A program made the position numbers and the translations under genes. The notes beneath the pieces are model-generated. The model was not told the origin of the DNA, did not search any database, and saw nothing but the letters and a program-made list of their open reading frames with translations. This document shows positions 48,132 to 54,919 of a DNA stretch of 54,919 bases, piece after piece. Location: positions 1 through 54,919 of the forward strand of contig CACJXH010000002.1 of the NCBI GenBank assembly GCA_902597375.1. Direction: 5' to 3'. Source of the stretch: an uncultured Candidatus Actinomarina sp. (GTDB taxonomy: Bacteria > Actinomycetota > Acidimicrobiia > Actinomarinales > Actinomarinaceae). Each line of letters begins with the position of its first letter. Positions within the stretch are counted from its first letter, which is position 1.

Positions 48132-49226
48132 TTGAAATCAGCAATAACAGGTTGGGGTAAATGCACGCCCGATAACATTATGACTAACGATGATTTATCA
48201 AAATTTGTTGATACTTCTGATGAGTGGATTCAACAAAGAACAGGTGTAAAAGAACGAAGATTTAGCCATGTAAACACATCAGATATGGCTGAAATTGCTG
48301 GTAAACATGCAATAGCCTGTGCAGGTTTAAATCCAGAAGATATTGAGGTCGTAATCTTGGCTACATGTACTCCAGATAGCATTGTTCCCTCTGCAGCAGC
48401 TCATGTTCAAAAAAAACTTGGTGCTGTAAATGCTTCTGTTTATGACGTAAATGCTGCTTGTGCAGGTTTTCTATATGCACTTGAGCAAGGAAAAGCATTC
48501 GTTGAAAGTAGTCTTTATAAAAGAGCTTTGGTAATAGGGGCAGAGCATATTACTTGGTTGCTTGATTGGTCTGATAGAAATACCGCAGTGCTTTTTGGTG
48601 ATGGTGCAGGAGCAGTGGTTATTGAAGAAAGTAAAAATAAATCAGATGGTGAAATATATTCTTTCTCAAATGGCTTAAGTTCGGACAATTTAGAAATCTT
48701 AGAAATTCCTAATTTTGGTTCAGCAATGGATAGGTTTAATCCTGACGAAGCTGCCAGAGTGCGTTGGACTTTTGATGGACAGGAAATATTTAAATCTGGT
48801 GTTAGAGCAATGGCACAAGCATCAGCAGAAGCTATTGAAAAATCAGGATTGTCAAAAGAAGACGTAGACATTTTTATTCCACATCAAGCAAATATTAGGA
48901 TAGTTGAAGCACTTGAGAAAAAACTTGGACTTCCTAATGCGACTACTATCAAAAAAGTTCATCGATACGGAAATACCTCGGCAGCCTCTATACCAACAGC
49001 ATTTGTAGATGCTCTTGAAGAGGGTGAGATAAAAGGTGGAGAAATTGCAGTCTTTACGGCCGTCGGAGCTGGTCTTGCCTGGGGAGCTTGTGCGGTTCGA
49101 TTAGGAGATCGTGTAACTCCAATAAACAAATCAGATGCAAAACTTCCAGATTTTGATGGAACTGCAACCGACACAATTAAAAGAGCAATTGAGTATCAAG
49201 TTCCAGATAAATTAGACAAAATATGA
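48132..49226 (+). CDS. fabH: beta-ketoacyl-ACP synthase III
   Basis: NAACAGF (active-site Cys), PHQANIRI and GNTSAASIP. TTG start with AAGGGG upstream. C-terminal extension of about 35 aa. Confidence 0.85.
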   Translation: MKSAITGWGKCTPDNIMTNDDLSKFVDTSDEWIQQRTGVKERRFSHVNTSDMAEIAGKHAIACAGLNPEDIEVVILATCTPDSIVPSAAAHVQKKLGAVNASVYDVNAACAGFLYALEQGKAFVESSLYKRALVIGAEHITWLLDWSDRNTAVLFGDGAGAVVIEESKNKSDGEIYSFSNGLSSDNLEILEIPNFGSAMDRFNPDEAARVRWTFDGQEIFKSGVRAMAQASAEAIEKSGLSKEDVDIFIPHQANIRIVEALEKKLGLPNATTIKKVHRYGNTSAASIPTAFVDALEEGEIKGGEIAVFTAVGAGLAWGACAVRLGDRVTPINKSDAKLPDFDGTATDTIKRAIEYQVPDKLDKI

Positions 49227-49951
49227 AAACAGTTTTTGTAACAGGTGCTTCAAGAGGTATTGGAAAATCTATAGCTTTGGAGCTTGGAAAAGATTATCAA
49301 GTTATTGTAGGATTCGGAAATTCTAAAGATAAGGCTGAAGAAGTCGTAGAAGAAATAAAAAAATTAGGTGGTGAAAGTCTTGCTGTTCAATTAAATATTG
49401 CAGATAGAAATTCAGTTGATGAGGCGTTTAACTTAATAGAAGAAACATATAAAAATGTTGATATTTTGGTAAATAATGCAGGAATTACAAAAGACAATAT
49501 ATTACCAAGAATGAAGGATGATGAGTGGAATGATGTTATTCAAACAAACCTAACTGGCAATTTCTATACATCTCAAAGAGCCATAAAAAAAATGATTAAA
49601 AACAAATGGGGAAGGTTAATTTTTATATCTTCTGTTGTAGGGATATCTGGTAATCAAGGCCAAGCAAATTATGCTGCGTCAAAGGCAGGTTTGATTGGGT
49701 TATCAAAATCAATTAGTAAAGAAGTAGGTAGCAGAAATATTACGTCAAATGTTGTAGCCCCAGGATATATAGAAACAGACATGACATCATTTATTAATGA
49801 TGAAAATAAAGAAAATATTATAGAACAACTTTCAATAAAACGCATGGGTATGCCAGAAGATATTGCAAACATGGTATCTTTTTTATGCAAAGATGAGTCA
49901 GAATATATAACAGGGCAAGTAATACCTATAGATGGTGGACTTACAACTTAG
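49223..49951 (+). CDS. fabG: 3-oxoacyl-ACP reductase
   Basis: VTGASRGIG, NNAG and YAASKAG. Confidence 0.9.
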   Translation: MKTVFVTGASRGIGKSIALELGKDYQVIVGFGNSKDKAEEVVEEIKKLGGESLAVQLNIADRNSVDEAFNLIEETYKNVDILVNNAGITKDNILPRMKDDEWNDVIQTNLTGNFYTSQRAIKKMIKNKWGRLIFISSVVGISGNQGQANYAASKAGLIGLSKSISKEVGSRNITSNVVAPGYIETDMTSFINDENKENIIEQLSIKRMGMPEDIANMVSFLCKDESEYITGQVIPIDGGLTT

Positions 49952-49962
49952 TGGGAGTAAAT

Positions 49963-50202
49963 ATGGAAGTAAATGAAGTTTTTGAGAAGGTAAAAACCCT
50001 TTTTGAAGAAGAATTAGGTATCGATTCTGAAAAAATCAATATGGATGCAAAATTAGAAGAGGATCTAGAAATTGACTCACTAGGCATCGTTGAAGTTGTA
50101 ATGGCATTTGAAGATGAGTTTGAGATTGAAATTGACGACGAAGAGCTCACAGATGTTGGGACTGTTGGTCAAGCAGTAAACTTGTTGCACTCAAAACTTT
50201 AA
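49963..50202 (+). CDS. acpP: acyl carrier protein
   Basis: LEIDSLGIVEVV (DSL phosphopantetheine site). GGGAG lies 6 nt upstream of ATG 49963. The track start 49951 is GTG. Confidence 0.9.
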   Translation: MEVNEVFEKVKTLFEEELGIDSEKINMDAKLEEDLEIDSLGIVEVVMAFEDEFEIEIDDEELTDVGTVGQAVNLLHSKL

Positions 50203-50205
50203 ACC

Positions 50206-51444
50206 ATGACAAAACAACGAGTGGTTGTAACAGGTCTTGGAACAATTAATCCACTTGGAAACAATGTAATTGATACGTGGAATAACTTAACTAGTGGAGT
50301 TTCTGGAATAGATCACATTACTTTATTTGATGCTTCTGATTTACCTGTGACGTTTGCAGGAGAAGTTAAAAACTTTGATGCAAATGAATATATGGGAAAA
50401 CAAAATGCAAGAAAGCTGGATCGGTCTGGCCATTTATCTATTTTTGCTGCAGAAGAGGCAATTCAAGATGCTGGATTTGATTTAAGTAAACCGCTTGGTG
50501 AAGATTTTGGTATTGTATTTGGGACTGGCATTGGTGGAATAGGTGCAACGGAAGATGCCGTTAGAGTTTACGATGAAAGAGGATCAACAAGAATAAGTCC
50601 CCTAGCAATTACACAATTAATGCCCAATTCAAGTACAGGTCAAGTTGCAATTAAATACGGAATACAAGGTCCTTCGTTAACGATTACAACTGCTTGCGCA
50701 GCTTCTGCAAATGCAATTGGAGAAGCTAAGAGGATGATTGAACAAAATATTGTTGACAAAGTTCTTGTTGGAGGAACAGAATCTGGTACAACTTCAATGA
50801 CAATCGGAGCTTTTGCACAAATAAAAGCACTTTCCAAACAGAATGATGAGCCTCAAAAAGCATGTAAACCTTTTGATAAAAATAGAGATGGATTTGTTAT
50901 GGCAGAAGGATCTACAGTTTTAATACTCGAAAGTGAAAGTTCAGCAAAAGATAGGGATGCAAAAATTTACGGATATATCTCTGGATATGGATCCTCAACA
51001 GATGCGTACCATATAACTGCTCCGTCAGAGGGTGGAGTTGGTGCTTTAAGAGCAATGGAACAGGCAATCTCAAACGCTGATATTAGCAAGGAAAAGATTG
51101 ATTATATCAACGCACACGGAACATCAACGCCAGCTAATGATTTAAATGAAACACTTGCGATTAAATCACTTATGAACGACTACGCATATGAAGTTAATAT
51201 CTCTTCTACCAAATCAATGACAGGACACTTACTTGGAGGAGGCGGAGCTTTTGAGGCAATGGCATCATTATTATCAATGAAGAATAGTCTCATTCCTCCA
51301 ACAATAAATCTAAATGATTCAGATGAGGATTGTGATTTAAATTACACAGCTAATCATTCAATAGAAAAAAATATAGACCATGCAATGTCTAATTCATTTG
51401 GTTTTGGTGGTCATAATGCTGTTTTAATATTCAGTAAACAATAA
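50206..51444 (+). CDS. fabF: beta-ketoacyl-ACP synthase II
   Basis: TTACAASANAIG, NAHGTST, GHLLGGGG and NSFGFGGHN. Confidence 0.9.
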   Translation: MTKQRVVVTGLGTINPLGNNVIDTWNNLTSGVSGIDHITLFDASDLPVTFAGEVKNFDANEYMGKQNARKLDRSGHLSIFAAEEAIQDAGFDLSKPLGEDFGIVFGTGIGGIGATEDAVRVYDERGSTRISPLAITQLMPNSSTGQVAIKYGIQGPSLTITTACAASANAIGEAKRMIEQNIVDKVLVGGTESGTTSMTIGAFAQIKALSKQNDEPQKACKPFDKNRDGFVMAEGSTVLILESESSAKDRDAKIYGYISGYGSSTDAYHITAPSEGGVGALRAMEQAISNADISKEKIDYINAHGTSTPANDLNETLAIKSLMNDYAYEVNISSTKSMTGHLLGGGGAFEAMASLLSMKNSLIPPTINLNDSDEDCDLNYTANHSIEKNIDHAMSNSFGFGGHNAVLIFSKQ

Positions 51445-51447
51445 AAA

Positions 51448-52227
51448 TTAATCAGGCAACATAGAGCCACCAATAGCATGAGCTCCACCATCAACATGGA
51501 TTATCTCACCAGTAATGGCTTCGGAGTAATCTGATAATAAAAAATTGATGACTTTAGCTACTGGTTCAGCATTTTTTGTATCCCACCCTAGAGGTGCTCT
51601 TTCATTCCATTCATCATTCATTGCTGAAAATCCAGGAATATTTTTTGCTGCGGTTGTGGAAAGAGGACCAGAGGCAACTGCATTTACCCTAACCTTATTT
51701 TTACCAACATAAAATGCAAGATATCTAACAATCGATTGTAACGATGACTTTGCAACACCCTGCCAGTCATAACCCGGCCATGCCTGGGAGTTGTCAAAAT
51801 CGACTGCTACTATCGATGCCCCTTCTTTCAATATTGGTAAAAATTCATTGGTTAAAGTTTTTAGTGAAAAAGCTGAAACTTCAAATGATTTAATTGCATC
51901 TTGAACATTTGTATTTAAAAAATTCCCACCCATTGCCTCAGTTGGAGAAAATGCAATTGCATGAAGAGCACCATCTATGCTTTCATGTTTATCTTTAATT
52001 TGATTTACTACTTCTTGTACTTGAACAGTATTTTCAATATCCATCTCTAATACATCAATTTCAGCATCAAGTCTTTTTACAGCACGTTTTGTTATGCGAA
52101 GTCCATCTCCAAAACCTGTGGCAATAATTTTTGCACCATTATCAATTGCAATTTTTGCAGCAGCAAAAGCTATACTCTTATCAGTCAATATGCCAGTAAT
52201 TACAAAGGTTTTATCTTTTAAAATCAT
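51448..52227 (-). CDS. fabI: enoyl-ACP reductase, FabI/InhA type
   Basis: VITGILTDKSIAFAAA and GYDWQGVAKSSLQS (Y-x6-K, compare InhA YNWMTVAKSALES). Confidence 0.85.
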   Translation of the reverse strand: MILKDKTFVITGILTDKSIAFAAAKIAIDNGAKIIATGFGDGLRITKRAVKRLDAEIDVLEMDIENTVQVQEVVNQIKDKHESIDGALHAIAFSPTEAMGGNFLNTNVQDAIKSFEVSAFSLKTLTNEFLPILKEGASIVAVDFDNSQAWPGYDWQGVAKSSLQSIVRYLAFYVGKNKVRVNAVASGPLSTTAAKNIPGFSAMNDEWNERAPLGWDTKNAEPVAKVINFLLSDYSEAITGEIIHVDGGAHAIGGSMLPD

Positions 52228-52269
52228 AAGTTAATGTTAATGATTGCTAAATTACTTGAAATAACTTTT

Positions 52270-52665
52270 TTAATCTTCGACGTTTGGGGTGTAACTCTCA
52301 CTGCCAGACGATGGTCTTAATTGTCTTCCTGTGTACAGAGCGAGCGCAATTTCTGTAACACCAAAAATTAAAAATCCATTAAAGTTTGTAAACACAGCAA
52401 ATCCTATCAAAAGTAACCCTCCAACATAACGAACGCTATTAATTTGTTTTGCATTTTCCTCTTCCCCACCAAGCAAAAAAATTAAAAGCGCTGCAAATAT
52501 AACTCCAACACCATTGGCTCGGACAATAGTTGCCTCAGTAGATGATAAAACTGCATCAGGATTCAAAAGAAACAATTTATAAATTTGCTCCGGAATAACA
52601 AATCCAACAATAGATAGTATCAAATAAAGAGTTGGATCAACTCTATTTATAATTTTATAACTCAT
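52270..52665 (-). CDS. hypothetical small membrane protein (about 4 TM helices)
   Basis: Hydrophobic segments only. No family recognised. Confidence 0.5.
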   Translation of the reverse strand: MSYKIINRVDPTLYLILSIVGFVIPEQIYKLFLLNPDAVLSSTEATIVRANGVGVIFAALLIFLLGGEEENAKQINSVRYVGGLLLIGFAVFTNFNGFLIFGVTEIALALYTGRQLRPSSGSESYTPNVED

Positions 52666-52711
52666 AAATGCAATTATATCTAAAGATAATCATCTTTGTA
52701 ATCAATTAAGT

Positions 52712-54919
52712 TTAAGATATTTCTGCTTGTGCAGCAGCTAATCTTGCAGTTGGAATTCTAAAAGGTGAACAAGAAATATAATCAATATCCAATGTATTGA
52801 GAAATTTGATTGATTTTGGATCTCCCGCATGTTCACCACAAACACCTATTTTGATATCTTTATTTACTTTTTTTCCAGCTACTACAGATGAAGCGACTAA
52901 ATTTCCCACAGTATTTTCATCAATTGTAATAAAAGGATCAACGTCAAAAATATTTTTTTCTACATATTCGTTTAAAAATTTAGATGCGTCATCCCTTGAT
53001 AAACCGAGAGTTGTTTGAGTTAAATCATTTGTTCCATATGAAAAAAAATCTGCGTGTTCTCCAATTTCTGATGAATTCAGGGCAGCACTTGGTAACTCAA
53101 TCATAGTTCCTATGAAATATTCAAAATTGAAGTCTGATTCTTTCTTCAAGCTTTCAATTTTTTTGGTTATAATTTTTTTCATTTTTGTAAATTCACTTGC
53201 ATTCATTATTAAAGGAATCATTATTTCAGGTTTGATTGTGATCTTTTCTTTTTGGTGAATTTCATAACTAGCTTTAAAAATTGCCTCAACTTGCATCTTA
53301 TAGATTTCTGGATAGCTTAAACCTAAACGTACACCTCGATGACCCAACATTGGGTTACTTTCACTAATCCTCGATAAAACTTCTGAAACATATGCTGGTG
53401 AAACTCTCAAAGAATTAGCTAACTCAGAAATTTCAATATCACTTTTTGGTAAAAATTCATGCATTGGTGGATCAAGTAGCCGAACAGTTATAGGTTTATC
53501 TTTTAAAAGCTTAAATATTTCAACAAAATCATTTATTTGAAAATCAATAATTTTATTTAATGCTCTCTTTCTACCTTGCTTATTGTTTGCCATAATCATC
53601 TCTCTCATAGGAAGTATTCTTTCACCCTCAAAAAACATATGTTCTGTTCTGCATAAACCAATTCCATCAGCACCAAACTCTAAAGACTTGGTTGTGTCAT
53701 TTATTGTTTCTGCATTTGCTCTAATTGAAAGTTTTTTAAAATCATCACACCATGCCATCAAAATATTGAATTCGTCCGTTAATTTAGGAGACTCTAACTC
53801 AACTTCCCCAAGAAAAATCTCACCAGTAGATCCGTCTAATGAAATTAAATCACCTTCTTCGATAGTTATTTGATCATTTGATATTTTTCTTTCATCTTTG
53901 TCAATTTTCAGATTTTCTGCTCCAACTATGCATGGTTTGCCCATTCCTCTCGCAACAACGGCTGCATGGCTTGTCATACCACCTTTTGTTGTCAATATTC
54001 CTACTGATGCAAACATTCCACTTATATCCTCTGGACTTGTTTCATCTCTAACTAAAATGACTTTTTTCCCCCTTGCAGCTTCAATCTCCGCTTTTTCTGG
54101 ATCAAAAACTATTTCACCTACAGCAGCTCCGGGTGAGGCATTTAAACCTTTTTCAAACAATTTTTTACTAGCTGAGTCTACAAACTGGGGGTGGAGAACT
54201 GAGGTAATCTGATCTGCATCAATCATATTGATTGCTTCTTGTTTACTTAGTATTTTTTCATTATGCATATCAACTGCAATTTTTACACTTGCTTGGGCTG
54301 TTCTTTTTGCATTTCTAGTTTGAAGAATAAATAATTCTCCATCTTCAATTGTAAACTCAATATCTTGTGCATCTTTATAGTGAGTTTCTAATTTATCTCC
54401 AATAGATTTTATTTCATTAAATAGAGCTGGGTTTTCTTCTTCAAGGGAGGGTTGAGTGTTCTTTTCATGTTTTCCTATAGGATAAGGTGTTCTTATTCCT
54501 GCAACAACATCTTCTCCTTGAGCATTCATTAAATACTCCCCGTACAATTTGTTTTTTCCTGTAGACGGAAACCTCGTAAAAGCAACACCCGTTCCTGAGG
54601 ATTCATTTAAATTTCCAAAAACCATAGATTGAATAGTTGTCCCAGTACCCCAATTGTTGGGTATATTATTAATTTTTCGATAAGCAACAGCTCGTTTGTT
54701 TAGCCAGCTTTTAAATACCGCCTCAATTGCCCCTTTGAGTTGAATGACAGGGTCTTGTGGAAAAGGATTTCCAGCAAATCTTTCAACAGTGGTTTTAAAA
54801 GCATCAATAATCCAACTCAATTGTTCGGAATCAAAATCATTATCTTTTTCAACTCCATCGATCCTTTTTTTATTATCAATAATGGCTTCAAACCTATCCA
54901 TATCAATTTCTAGAACAAC
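52712..54919 (-). CDS. ppdK: pyruvate, phosphate dikinase, 5'-truncated by the window edge
   Basis: GGMTSHAAVVARGMGKPC (phospho-His), GLCRTEHMFF and CGEHAGDP. The frame stays open upstream of the track Met, through to nt 54919. Confidence 0.9.
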   Translation of the reverse strand, partial: VVLEIDMDRFEAIIDNKKRIDGVEKDNDFDSEQLSWIIDAFKTTVERFAGNPFPQDPVIQLKGAIEAVFKSWLNKRAVAYRKINNIPNNWGTGTTIQSMVFGNLNESSGTGVAFTRFPSTGKNKLYGEYLMNAQGEDVVAGIRTPYPIGKHEKNTQPSLEEENPALFNEIKSIGDKLETHYKDAQDIEFTIEDGELFILQTRNAKRTAQASVKIAVDMHNEKILSKQEAINMIDADQITSVLHPQFVDSASKKLFEKGLNASPGAAVGEIVFDPEKAEIEAARGKKVILVRDETSPEDISGMFASVGILTTKGGMTSHAAVVARGMGKPCIVGAENLKIDKDERKISNDQITIEEGDLISLDGSTGEIFLGEVELESPKLTDEFNILMAWCDDFKKLSIRANAETINDTTKSLEFGADGIGLCRTEHMFFEGERILPMREMIMANNKQGRKRALNKIIDFQINDFVEIFKLLKDKPITVRLLDPPMHEFLPKSDIEISELANSLRVSPAYVSEVLSRISESNPMLGHRGVRLGLSYPEIYKMQVEAIFKASYEIHQKEKITIKPEIMIPLIMNASEFTKMKKIITKKIESLKKESDFNFEYFIGTMIELPSAALNSSEIGEHADFFSYGTNDLTQTTLGLSRDDASKFLNEYVEKNIFDVDPFITIDENTVGNLVASSVVAGKKVNKDIKIGVCGEHAGDPKSIKFLNTLDIDYISCSPFRIPTARLAAAQAEIS

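Noticed and set aside
1-54919. CRISPR arrays, IS elements, prophage or toxin-antitoxin modules
   Set aside because: I saw no spaced direct repeats, transposase or integrase-like ORFs, terminal inverted repeats or small paired ORFs of TA type. The only tandem repeat noticed is the 9-nt duplication inside dsbB.

Overview
This window is about 98% coding by my tally (roughly 1.1 kb of intergenic DNA). It is very AT-rich and carries about 58 CDS plus 2 tRNAs. Many start/stop overlaps of 1, 4, 8 and 11 nt occur, and three convergent gene pairs sit 0-4 nt apart or overlap. I see no CRISPR array, IS element, integrase, prophage or rRNA, and no protein with a recognisable DNA-binding HTH domain.

Gene order looks actinobacterial: pth-rplY; mazG-eno-ftsB-DUF501-ppx; a suf operon with an embedded Rieske gene; an InhA-type FabI; an AccA/AccD-type acyl-CoA carboxylase. 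Together with the low GC, the compaction and a proteorhodopsin-like gene, this suggests a streamlined marine actinobacterium (Candidatus Actinomarinales-like). That assignment is inference only.

Content from left to right:
- Pyrimidine operon pyrC(partial)-carA-carB-pyrF, followed by three unusual coupled genes.
- rpiB and fumC fused onto the end of sufB-sufD-Rieske-sufC.
- A small unknown ORF plus an SPPY-type DNA methyltransferase.
- A heterodimeric ABC exporter.
- A PNPOx-domain::MenA fusion plus MenG.
- A TlpA-like thioredoxin plus DsbB.
- A DTE-motif rhodopsin next to a class II photolyase.
- A sugar ABC locus with two very different binding-protein paralogues, a ROK kinase and an orphan lipoprotein.
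- tRNA-Leu(UAA).
- ppx/DUF501/ftsB/eno/mazG, an epimerase, pgsA, pth and rplY.
- A DrrAB-like ABC-2 exporter.
- tRNA-Arg(CCU) and cspA.
- A bi-domain oxidoreductase.
- A biotin module (birA, carboxyltransferase, bioY, BC-BCCP).
- A FAS-II cluster (acpS-fabD-fabH-fabG-acpP-fabF, fabI).
- A small membrane protein and a partial ppdK.

The best candidates for something undescribed are:
1. The tail of the pyr operon: a miniature DHOD-like protein, a 118-aa PRTase, and a protein resembling the phage thymidine-hypermodification aGPT-Pplase family.
2. The PNPOx::MenA fusion, which sits in an envelope-redox neighbourhood beside the rhodopsin.
3. A possible compact R-M pair.

All family assignments come from motif reading by eye. 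No searches were run.
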